Origin: Trichoplax adhaerens
Taxonomy: Eukaryota; Animalia; Placozoa
DNA length: 64,000 bases
Direction of reading: 5' to 3'
Assembly: GCF_000150275.1 (NCBI RefSeq)
Contig: NW_002060956.1
Span: 1,052,280 to 1,116,279 of the forward strand
Shown here: piece after piece, positions 52,001 through 64,000 of the stretch
Position numbering within the stretch: position 1 is the first letter of the stretch
How the letters are laid out: the number at the start of each line of letters is the position of its first letter
Notes under the pieces: model-generated
What the model saw: the letters and a program-made list of their open reading frames with translations, nothing else
Databases searched by the model: none
Told to the model about the DNA's origin: nothing
Made by a program: the position numbers and the translations under genes

Positions 52001-53678
52001 TATTATCCAATGTTACCTGTGCGAATCCATTCAGTATCTACGAAGTATGGAAAAGTCGTTGTAAATAATTAAGTACATTTGATAAAGAATTATTAGAAGT
52101 ATATTAATCCAAAGGTACTTACTTGGAAGATAAGAAAGTACGCGTAACTATGAATTTTTGCGAAGTAGATAACACCCATCATGGCAGTAAATATTGATAT
52201 TCCTATTTTAAGTGAATTATTAGCAAGTTTTGAAGAACCAAAACGGAATTAATTTTAAAATCTATACCAATAACAGTATTTCTATTACGTGAAAATTTCA
52301 TACGTTACCTAACATTCCGCCACTTAGAAAATACCTCTTATTTACTCGCTCAGCGACGTATCCACTGGTGATTTAAACATACCTGATTAGAATTATATAA
52401 CACAATTTTGTAATAGCAAATGTTTTACGTATGTGCATGTAGGTACCTTACTAAAACACCCACGGCATAACAGAATAAAAAAACTACGTCCAAAATTCCC
52501 AGCAAGTGACTACCATTTTGTTCATCTAGATAATTGAGGGCAGGACTTACGTTAATATTTTGTTTTCAAAGGCAATCAAGTTAAAATACAAAACCAGTCA
52601 TAACATACTAAATGGTGCCCATTGGGGGCATGATTGAACCAATTTCGTTCCGTTTATAATAAGTGGCTGAGAATGGATTTCATTACCAGAGACAAGCATT
52701 TGATCATTATCAAGAGCTAGCGTACAGTTGGGTGTATATAACGAGCTCTGCCGAACAGACAGTGAAGGAATGATAATATAGAGTAAGCAAATTTTAATGA
52801 CCGAAATATCTTATTACAACCATAATATCATAATATAAAAAATATTTGGAATAATTTTACGACAATTAAATTAATTGAAGATGAAATTTTTTATTTCATT
52901 TCAGAAATTAGTCCATTCTACTTCACTTTTGACATCGGTCAAAAATTTTACAGTAGATAACAGAAATGAACAGGAAGTCCTATTGTAACAAAGCTATAAT
53001 TAAGCAATTCACTATATACAGTATAGGGCAAGGCGTAGATAGAACGGAGGAGCAATATTCGAGCTTAGAACTTTCTACATTATGCACCAATACTTTACAA
53101 TATTCCATATAATTGTTAATTAATCAAGCTAATACGATTCTAATCTTGGTGATTTTTAAGTTCTTTCTAGCAGAGAGATCTCAAACATTAAAAAAGATCT
53201 CCACTAATTCCGGTAAGAGAATTACAGATATTGCAGTATTTTAGTTCTTCGCACGTTATAGTGTTATCTACTGTATCATCACATAGCTAACACAATTTTG
53301 ATCGAAATTACCTTAACAACGCTTATGATCTTTCGGGTCATATGATAGCATGTATACGAGAGGAAGGTTAGAAATAAAATCCAAGCCGCATACCTGGTAA
53401 TCAATAGAAGAACAATATCAGAAACCAATGGCCTTTAAAATGGTTCATAACGCTATTATTACGTGAATATAACTAATAGCTAATTGTATGTGAGAAGATT
53501 CAAGATGGTGAGATACTGAATAAGTAAATATGCAACTACATTGTACAGTACTGATTTCAATCTTTGCATGAAGTTACTTGTATATGTGTACGGTAGAGAG
53601 AAATACTGATTGTAGACTATATAAACAGTTTACATAAAGTTTTGAGGCAAACCACCTTGCGAATGGAAAATAAAGCAT
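49058..53678 (-). CDS. SLC37A2: SLC37A1/A2-like sugar-phosphate exchanger, paralog B (closest to family consensus)
   Basis: Tentative exon 1 MLYFPFAR (53678-53656), then YAAWILFLTFLSYTCYHMTRKIISVVK, CPQWAPF, SGYVAERVNKRYFLSGGM, QSTGWP, RGFIMGVWNSHTSFGNMLG, FNKLVSYTFLFWLPFYL, GPYALITTAVSAELG and GAALGPLLAG. TAA at 49058-49060. Confidence 0.88.
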
Positions 53679-56609
53679 AAACCTACAAGATTTTAAAATT
53701 ATGGAATTATGGCTGATAATGTGATATAGGTTTTTCATATTAGGCAATTATAGTTCAATAATAATGACTAGATTGAGCATATACGTGTATAACCAGCTAT
53801 AACGTATAAACACCGTATGTTTTTGTCAGCATGTCCTGAACTACTCGTATAGTAGTTCTAGTAGGGTATTCGAATACTCTCTACTATAAGATTTTCCGTA
53901 AAGTAGAAATCACGAATAGTATTTCGACAGCATTTAAGTGATTCTTTAATCAAACCGGAAGCTGATGTTGATGCTTTTAAATACTAAATACTATAGCAAT
54001 TAATAAGTAAATTTTATATCAATGATATAAAGAAATTTGCTTAAAATTCAATTTTTAGAATGTAGTTAATCTTTACTAAAATCGGACGTATCAATCTCAA
54101 CGAAAATTAATTATAGACGAGTATAGGTAGGGCATTTTTATTGGCCTGTATTGGATGTAATACCAGTCTATCACTGCAATTAAAGCAACATCTGCGTCCT
54201 ACGAATATTGCGGGAGGCATTCTACGAAGAGCGTTCTAATGCACTCTTGTAGTGTTATTTAGGTGGCTTAGTAGTTCCGCTATTAAATCGGCTTGACGAT
54301 TTAACTTGCATTATATTGAAGGGTATTGAAGAGCATTATTATTGATACTTATTTCTATCAAGTCTTGGGAAGATCAACTGTAGAAGTGATGCGCATCATA
54401 GCTTTACTAGCGATTACATTCATTTTTTATCATTCATAACTCCCAAGACGAGCAATCTGTTAATCGCATATGGCTACTGTATTAAGATTGTTCTACTACA
54501 TTGCATACCGTTGAGACTTGATTAAATATTGTACTATACGTCCATGTATCGTATGATCATTTCCTGTCTTGTATAGCGCAAAGAAATAACAAGGCTTATA
54601 CAGTATTCGTCTTGGATAACGTTGTTACTATTGGAGGCAGAATGGTGGTAACAGCAGCAATTGATCAATTTAATGTACGTGTATCCTAGTGATTTCAATT
54701 ACGTTCCTCTCCTTTCCTTTATAGCAGACCAAGTAGAAATATAACTGTAGATTACTGGAATTAAAATTTTTATAGTACAATCTGGTGCTGTTACGCTATG
54801 GTCTAAATCAATAGAATAAGAACGATGCTACATACGAGTCCGGTATCAAGTATCTAGCAATGGCACTAGCAATTTATTTTAGTGGCTAGTAAAAAAAAAT
54901 CGAACATGATTGAATATTGAACTCGATTGAATACTAATCGGCAGTAACAATCCATCATCTATTGAGGCATTGTGCTACTTTTCAGGGGAAAAATGTGATT
55001 CTAATCTCTGCAGTTATTTACTCTGGTCAAGATTACGATATGGATTTCCTCTCATTAGAAGGTAACCTTTAATAAAGGAAAGTACATTAGATCCTTGGAA
55101 AGAAAAAATGGCAGTTTATTTTACGGATTACTACAGTAAACAATCGTCTACTATAGCCTGTAAAAATAGTCCAAAATGAATTAGTTTTAAAGCGTTGGAA
55201 TGATTATCCTATCCACTATGCAACCTCATCAATGATGACTAAGTGATAACAACCTATCAGGGAAAGAGAATTGGATAACGTATGGGGCCGATCGAGTAGT
55301 AGTGTAGATTATCTACTTTTGGATTGAATATCCTGTTTCAAAATCAATCCCTTCAACTCACATATTCTCCCTCGATTGCCTCCTTATCACTCGTATTAAC
55401 GGTGGGCCTCCAGAGTTCCTGGATGTAGAACATAACTGCGTACTGCCGGCATTAATGCTGCCACTTTCGTCAATAATCTTCTCGTTCATCATATTCGCGT
55501 TTTCCTTTTCCATCTCGTAGCAGCTAGGGTACTGCCAGCAACGATTTGCTGGCGGAATATATAAGCGATCGTATGGATTACAACTCTAGCAATATTCTGC
55601 TTGGTTCATCTCATACTATCACCTATAGCGTTCAGTCGCTCGACAGACATGTTACTAAGTTTCTATAGTACTACGCCAGTCGGTAAGGATTTCTATCAGA
55701 AATTCTCCCAGCCAAGTTCATATTGATTCATATCGACTCGCCCACGGCCATATAATACACTCAGATTCAACGTACTTTATGAGCATGGATACTGTCAAGT
55801 CGTGTTGTCCAGCTGCGACTTATGGCCGGCCTTGTTGACTGTTTACATTTAGACCTTGTTTCGATAGTTTGCAACTAGGAATCCAGGATTAAATTAAATC
55901 CCACCCTTACCCCCCTCTGGAGAAAATATGCTAGCTTTTCCAGCTTTGATATACTTCTATGAAAGGGACTCCGTAGAGTTTATTCTAGTATTGGTAATTT
56001 TCAGTATTTAACCTACTTTGATTGACTTTTTGCTAGGCATGGATTACAAATAAATAGAGATAGTCAATATGGCGTTCAATGGTTATTGGCGTTGACAGCA
56101 AGTCATCAATCCACTACAACTTCCCACCATGGATGTCAGTACTGGTCTAGTTCAACAACTTTTTCTCTCTTGAATCGTCTCTGATAACGACAGTACTTTA
56201 CTACAGCTGTTTAACCCTACACTACTTCTATCACGTATAAACAACTCGATCTCTATCTCGACCTACGCCATAGTCTATCTATCGGATGTGTGGATGCTTG
56301 TACTGAGGTTAAGGTTACTTTCTGTTTGTCAATATTCAGGTGGAAATCACGAGTGTCAGCGACGATGTTAGCTAAGTCCGTTGATTGTTGCATTGCATGA
56401 TGCTGTCATGGATGGCGTTAGTATGCCAACTGAGCATAACAGGATACATCAGTAAGCCGAGCTACAGCACCCGGTAAAATTTCTTTAGTAATGGTATCGA
56501 AACTGGATATAATAATCATTTGCGATGATTATTGTCATAACTCTGGAATCCAGTTGCTGCATAGCTGATATAGTCATTCGGATTTTACTACTGTGCTTAT
56601 CTTGTTTGC

Positions 56610-57345
56610 CATCATCCTGATATTTCCTCTGATTAGATACAATACGTGTAGAGTAGAGTACAGTACACAGGGACTTCTAAAGAGAAATCCGTGCTGTACT
56701 TATTTACAGAACAAGTCCTTTGCTGTACAATGTACAATTTCCTCTGATTAGATATTGCCAACAGCAACTTCTAATAAGAGAAATTCGTGCTGTGTTATTT
56801 ACAGTAGAAGTCATTAGCTGTACATGGAGGATGCTTCGATCCGGTCCTATTGCAGAAAGACAGTACGTTAATAGGATTACCGATTACACATCATCCTAAT
56901 ATTTTCCTCTGATTAGATATTGTCAACAGCAACTTCTAATAAGAGAAATCGGTCGGTATTTTTCATACAGTAAAAGTCCTTGTTGTGCAGCTGGGAGGAT
57001 ACTTCGATCCGGTCCTATCGTAGCAAGACAGTTCAGTAATAGGATGACCGATTACTCATCATCCTAATATTTCCTCTGATTAGATGATATTGTCAACAGG
57101 AACTTCTAATAAGAGATATCGGTACTGTATTTCTAAGAGAAATCCGTGCAGTGTTATTTACAGTAGAAGTCCTTTGCTGTACATGGAGGATGCTTCGATC
57201 CGGTAATATTGCACCAATACAGTATAGTTATAGGATTATCGATTACACATCATCCTAATATTTCCTCTGATTAAATATTGTCAAAGGAACTTCTAATAAG
57301 AGAAATCGGTACTGTAATTCTCATACAGTAAAAGTCCCTATTGTA
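56610..57345. repeat. Tandem array of ~165-190 bp units (5 anchors, first unit truncated to 115 bp), multi-hairpin
   Basis: The anchor atttcctctgatta occurs at ~56622, 56737, 56901, 57069 and 57260. Shared blocks include acttctaataagagaaat and ggaggatgcttcgatccggtcctat...taataggattaccgattac. Confidence 0.9.
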
Positions 57346-58608
57346 CACCTAGTATGGCTAACAGTATCATTTGCAAATGGAGGAGGTTCAATCTGGTCCT
57401 GTAGCAGCAACAGAGTAACAGGCTTCCTTTTTATTAATAAATGAATTTTAACTCAACATCAATTATTTTATTGTGTACAATTATCTATTCCACATTCTAC
57501 ACGAGTAATGCTCTACTTCATCGTTCGATGATACTTTTCAAAGCGTATTTACTACTGTAATAACTTGAAATCATTAAAGTATAGAACTTTATGCTGATAC
57601 TGTTTCAAAAGCACCTTTAATGAACGGGAATGGGATTACAGTATTTTTACACGCTGCGTATTACTGTATCTTGAGATTGAAAAAATTCTTTTCAGATCTT
57701 GAAGTAGGCATGCCACGGAACGTGACTCGATCATGTACACGAGCTTTAGCATAAAACATCGCCCAATATCTAGTTTGCCCATATTTCTCTTATGACTACT
57801 ATTGTATAGGCTAAAAGCACAAAAATTACTCTTGAATGATAGCAAGCATACCCTGACTATGTTAAAGAGTTTACCCTAATCGCTGGTTTACAAGACGACC
57901 ATAGCCGTAATGCTTCCGTATTATTCCCTTACAACCTGGTCTTGAGTAGAGCTTGCTGTAAGAATATGGCCATGAACTATCCATATTACAGTATTTTTCA
58001 TATCCCAGCACCAGGGTATACAATATTACATGTTGAGTAAAAGAATCCATCGAACGATCAAACTGTAGCCATTAGCAAAGAAAAAAGCCTTTAATACCAA
58101 CATATTGCAGTTTGTTGCTGATTCTTTATTGACTGACTGACAGCACATGACATGATTTCGTCGATAGAGTGCCAAATAGTAAGACCATCTGCGACCAAAA
58201 GCATGCTTAGAAACTGCATATATTAGTAGTCGATTGATTATTTAATACATACACAGTATGATTTCGTTGAAAGATGAAATAAATATCAAGCTACCGGTGA
58301 CCAATGAAACAATAAGTTCTCGTCTTGTATGCCATTTGAAGCCCCAAGATGAAGGATTAAATAATACAGAATATCTTGAATACTGACTTTTAATTAATTT
58401 ACATCATAAATTATTCTTTCTCCTGGCGAAGGAATCAAGGTATATCAAGTGTTTTAAATATGGCATATGTCTTAAACTTCAAGTTCAATTATACGTGTCT
58501 ATTCACATTGATTTTGAGGTTGATAACATCGAACAATAACATTCTCATTCTTACAGATACTAAAATGCTATTTTTCCCGTAACGATAATAATATTCATAA
58601 AATCTTCA

Positions 58609-61600
58609 TCATTCTTCCATCTTCATTAATGTGTAAGTTTTGCCATTACTAAAAATGATATTATATGAGTTTTTATTACCGTAACTTCAATAAACATATA
58701 TTACTCAAGATACTTTCATGCCGATAATCAACCATTAAAACATAGTAATTTTTTTAGGCTACTCACGATGCTTTGTTACGCATTATTCGAATTTCTTTCA
58801 CTGACGGATAGATTAAGATCTATAAAGTATTCATCATCATTAATAGAGGTAGCCAAAATAATATCATAATTACCATTTATTTTAATTAATACAAAAAAAA
58901 TAAATTCTTTAGGCCTAATATTCCTGTACCAAAGTTGATATTATTTGTGAGCCCATTAGCATGTAAAATACATTGTTCCATCCCTAAATTTACATATATT
59001 TAAATAAAAAGTATAACAGAAACGTTAGCTTTATCACTATTCTTTAACTATTGGCATTGCTCGTGTTGATTAGTGGGCCTACCGTTGGTAGTATGACACC
59101 AGTTAATAATGGTCCAAGCGCAGAACCTATCGTAAAGTCAGGAATAATTTAAAACGCGAATGATCTATAATTTGTCGCAGATGATCCATTTTACTACTTG
59201 CTAACCGATTGAGGCCGTAGCATCTAATATTCCAGACACTGTAGCGGTAGCTTTCTCGTTATTTTTCAAGGTTGGGCTGTTACCCTGGTTATATACAGTG
59301 CGAAGTCAAAAATTTCAACAATGATAGGAATAAATATATCTTCGTATTTGATTGGAACAATTTTATTAAACCTAATATATCACAATACCAATTCAGCTGC
59401 CACTGCACCAACTGTTAGCATTAAGGGTCCGTTAATAGCAATGCCAGAAATAATCATTAAAACTGTAAGAAAATGGATAGCAGAGGGTGATATAAAAGGC
59501 AAGAAATGGAGAGGCAAAAGGGTATAATGATTATATCATAAATAATTTCTAGAATTTATATTCTGAATACACATTCACTAACCGATATTGGAGGCTAAAT
59601 TTATTCTTCCGTAAAAATGGTAGAGGTATAGCTGATATTGAAAATAATCCATTACATCAAAAACGGATAGAATTGACCAACTTATACTTAGCTTTGAAGT
59701 AGTAGTATCAAGCGAATATTAGCAGCGAAGTAGAGATTACGTAATTATTGAAGCTTACCGTTGGAATTGAGATCGCATACAGTGTCATGCTGATTATTGC
59801 CTTTTTATTAGTTTTATCAAAGATGATACCTGCTACTATTACACCTTTAATAATAGAAAAACTATCCTTAGTAATAATCAAGCATCTTAGCAACAATTTT
59901 AAACTTTGTGTATTCTATTGTAATTATGACAATGTATTAATGGAAAGCTCTACCGAGATACTTAGAATACAATACAATATTGTACCTATAATTCCTCCAA
60001 TATCGAAGAAAATAGATATAAATGCCGCGATTTTGCCATTATATCGGACTCCCCCTATTACTATGAATAGAATGTATCGTTAAATATGTATTAAAATACG
60101 TTTTTAACGTAAACTGATGACATTAAAATATAATTGAAGAGTAAAATCAAACAGCAAAGTATGATCATGGTTTTACATACGTATACTATCCAAATAGAAA
60201 GGCAGCCAGAATAAGAAAGTATAGCTGGTAAACTTGTCAAAAAATACTGCTAAGGCGAAACTGACTACACCCTAAATAAGCATACAACCAATATTATAGC
60301 TGAATATGGAATGCACAAAATTTTATTAAAACTATTTATATTATACATATATACTTCAATTTTTAAGGCGTCAGTGATCGTTACAGCTTTTGAAGGTGAA
60401 GTAGCCTACAAGATAATAATGATCCAATCATTAAATCTTTTGCCTTAATGAATGTAATTAATTAGCGTTCCTAGATATCGCTCATATATTTGCTATCTGA
60501 TCTAAATCGGGCCATCTATATCCGTAAATACTGTCATAGATATGGTAAAACAAAGTAAAATATCCCGATTTATTGGAATATGCATATTGTGCCGAAATAT
60601 CAAGTTTAAGAGTGACTTACACTTTTATTAGTTTTGGACAGTTGCTCCTGCTGATCATCTTTCTAATATTTCAGAGCATGGTACATATATTGCAATAAAA
60701 TATACTAGTATTATTTGATTTTTTTGGCGATTCTTATTTGTATTTTATTCACTTACAGTTATCGTTTGTACGACCTCATAATCCTAAAAAAGCAATTAAA
60801 TACCAGGATAAGAATATTTAGCAGTTATACGAGCGAAGTAAATCAGGAGAGCTGAACATAGCATAATCTGATATTAGGTATTATCAGTTGAAATAGTTTA
60901 GGATTTAAAATTATACTTTGTTTAACAATTACATCCGTATAATTAGATACCATATATAGAACTATGCGGAAACAGTCAAGCAAATGATTGCCAAAATTTA
61001 CGATTACAATTTCACTTATATTTGGCTAGTTGGTTTATGCAATAATATAAGTTATTGTGTAGTAAAAGGAACATTACGTCATTTACATGTTGACGTGGCT
61101 CTGGACAACCAACTTCATTAGGCTCTGCAAAGTAGATAAAGCGCAACTATATCAACTTAAGCAAGTATGTCCAGATGTCAACGTTGGAAATAAATCTATT
61201 ATATTATTAATAACTTGCCTACGACTAGACTAAAGAAGATTAAAATTGCGAAAACTCCAGTTATAAGTGCCGGTATAATAAACGACCATCCCCTGATATC
61301 ATTGTAAATTAATGAAATAATGATTAAGAATTAGTGATTTGTATTGAGTCAATGAAATGTAGTTACATTAGATAATTAAGAAGTAAGGCTTACCAATGAC
61401 CCTGTGCCCAGACTCCAGGAATAAGTAAGCCTAATATATTTCCTACGGATGTATTTGAACTCCATAAGCCAAAAAAGAATCCTCTTCTAAATCATTTAAA
61501 TTTACAGCCATCAGATTACATACTATATTTACTTTAAACATATTTTTAATGAATCTTGTTGTTACTATAGGATCACAAAAAATTTTGCTTAGCAATTGCG

Positions 61601-63325
61601 AATATTTAAATTATTTTATCAGTTTTGTTATCCAAACGAGCGATCAGTAATTATATTAAAAACGAATAATGGATTTACCTGCCTTTTCCAAACCAGTTTG
61701 CAATAATTGCAATCATGGAAGGCCATCCTGTAGACTATCAGTACAGATATTAGTTATTTTTATACATTCCTAATCAAATATTTCGATTGAATTACCTGCG
61801 CTATACCATTCAACATCTAGTGAAAACAGTAACAAAAAGAGCAAATAATAATATGAGTACATCGGTAAAAAATTGATTTAGGACGTATTACACTTACGTT
61901 AATGGCAATTTACGCGCTTTATCATGAATAAAGGAATCTTTTACTCAATATTCTACACTATAAATGGTATCAAAGGATGCCAAACTTACTTGAAATATAA
62001 TAAAATAGGCATAGCTGTGAATTTTAGCAAAGTAAGCCATTCCGGTAAGCGCAGTAGATAGTATCATAGCTGTTTGAGTTTAGGGTTGCAATATGAATCA
62101 TAATTAGCACACTGTACTATTGACATTTTTATGAATTAATCTTTCCTTTTTAGTTACGGAAGTCGCTTAAATTCGTAAAATTAAAGTCACAATATTGAGA
62201 TATACGCGTAAATTATTAAGCCATAATAAATAATACATAGTAGATATATGCTTATTTTATTTAATGTAAAGTGATTTTTATTTTATTTTATTTTACTGTA
62301 TTGCTTGGTCAACTACTGTTAAAGATATTAGATGAGAATTTTAATATATTAATCGTGATTTTGGTATCCCTACATCTTTTATATACTCAGACTTTATTAC
62401 CTAGCATTCCAAATGTTAGAAAATATCGCTTGTTGACCCGTTCTGCAATATATGCGCTACAAGACAAAAATGAGTATACTTATGATAGTCGTAGCAATCA
62501 CGGAAAGCAGTCTTACATAAGTATCAACCTTACCTTAGTATCATTCCGAAGCCATAAATTAATAAAAACGAAACATCCATTACCGCTAGCAAGTAGCTGC
62601 CGTTATGTTCATCTAAATAGTGATATATATATAAGACTTGGTTTATTGCTATAGTTTGCGTTTGTATCAGAACCTGATAAAATAGAGCGTTATTCTTGAA
62701 CTAAAATTTTTACATGATAACTTTTATAACTGCAAGTAGTATTGATTGCTGAAATAAAATTTATTAAATATTAATGCTAACACTTAAAAATGTATACGTT
62801 CACCATATATCAATATTATTTATGCTCTTGGAGCCATGAAAGCACAATTAGGTATGCATAATGCCTAGGTCTTATAGACATTATGCATATCTACTGGACG
62901 TTTGTAGCTTCAACAGTTTCATTGTGTTATCTCTCACTGTTATTGCAATTCTGAAATTTACTTACTGAATGGCTTCCATTGAGGGCATAACATATTTAAA
63001 TTCGAATCGTTAATAGAAATAAATTCGGACGGGCTTATGTTAGAAGAAGAGTAACCGGCGTGATTGAGGTAACTTAGAATCTTGGACGTGCAATTGAGTG
63101 TATACAAAGAGCTCTAAAAGATAATGAAAATCTATTAATTAATATAATATAATTTATGCTGTGTTTTGATAATTAAATTCGTTTTCTGATTTAAATTAAT
63201 TTGTTTGTTAGTTTCAAGTTTTCATAAAGATTTAAATTTTTACCTTAACAACGCTAAGAACTCTTCGATCCATGTGAAAACAAGAATAGGCTAGGTAAGT
63301 TAGTATCCAGGCCCAAGCTGCATAC
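58609..63325 (-). CDS. SLC37A2: SLC37A1/A2-like sugar-phosphate exchanger, paralog C; first coding exon not resolved
   Basis: Exons: YAAWAWILTYLAYSCFHMDRRVLSVVK, CYALNGSHS, AYIAERVNKRYFLTFGML, QSTGWP, RGFFFGLWSSNTSVGNILG, FDKFTSYTFLFWLPFYL, FISIFFDIGGIIG, GPLMLTVGAVAAELG, GSALGPLLTG and GWNNVFYML. Confidence 0.85.
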
Positions 63326-64000
63326 CTATACCCGTATACATTAAACAGTAAGAATAAAAGTATGATGAGAAGGTAAGAAGTAACGGTCAATATTATTCTT
63401 ATTATTCGATTTCAAGTAATGGATAATAGATAGTAGGACAAGAAACATTGATAAATAAAAGTCTTGTAAAAAGTACGTTATATAGAAATTGATTTCATTA
63501 TTATTTCCATGAAGTTAAAGGCCTGCTGTCATATTAAAAATTAGATTTAGTACCCATAATCCAAGCCCCGCATATATAAATTGCTGATGATCCAGCAAGC
63601 AAAACTTTTAATCTATCGAAGTTTTATTGCATGATCGGTCTCAATTTTAATTTACGAAAAGCATCTCACCACGTACTGAAATACGTGAGACCGACATTAA
63701 TGGGCATTAATTTCTGCCTTGAGAAATTACGTAGGCGCTGCTAAATTTTCATAGGAATACGATAGATTGATCACTTGAATAGTGTTAACGAAATTACTAT
63801 TCGAATTTAAAGACTGTAAATATCCCTGTTGGTGATGAAAATCTTAGCTGATGGGCGTAGTTGAGAAAAGTACTTTAAGTTAAATTGGATATGAACGATA
63901 ATATTGAAACGGATTTCAGGGCACGTAAAAAAAACTGACCGATTAAAATCTCACTACTGCAGTTATCTATCAATTTGAATGCTTGAAATTGATCCTTTGA

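Noticed and set aside
54136-54350. FYWP motif suggesting a Gypsy integrase zinc-finger region
   Set aside because: The following CxxC and the integrase core are not recognisable and there are multiple stops. A four-residue match is insufficient.
43560-57345. CRISPR-like interpretation of the three repeat arrays
   Set aside because: Units are 115-215 bp and homologous along their whole length, with no unique spacers and no cas genes, in a eukaryotic intron-rich context.
59321-60083. Plus-strand hydrophobic ORFs (59321-59527, 59748-60083; likewise 62271-62654)
   Set aside because: They are antisense to SLC37 paralog C exons and introns, and there is no independent coding evidence.

Overview
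AT-rich, compact eukaryotic (animal) genomic DNA with many short GT-AG introns. The style suggests a placozoan (Trichoplax-like); that taxon is an inference, not a proven assignment. Nine protein-coding genes could be reconstructed by manual splicing: intronless peroxisomal DHRS4-like SDR (+), ERICH6/FAM194-like (-), mitochondrial carrier SLC25A14/SLC25A30-like (+), MMGT1/EMC5 (-, absent from the ORF track), mitochondrial EF-G1 GFM1 (+, ~28 exons), TXNDC16/ERp90-like multi-thioredoxin protein ending in KDEL (-), and three tandem SLC37A1/2-like sugar-phosphate exchangers (-). Non-coding features include two U12-type (minor spliceosome) introns, (TACAG/CTGTA)n arrays concentrated in the two head-to-head intergenic regions, and three apparently unrelated ~115-215 bp tandem-repeat arrays with hairpin-containing units in the spacers between SLC37 paralogs. 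Several stretches may be decayed coding relics. No rRNA, tRNA, CRISPR array or intact transposase was recognised. I found no clear-cut novel system; the best leads are the promoter-associated TACAG arrays, the structured tandem arrays and the apparent deep synteny with human.
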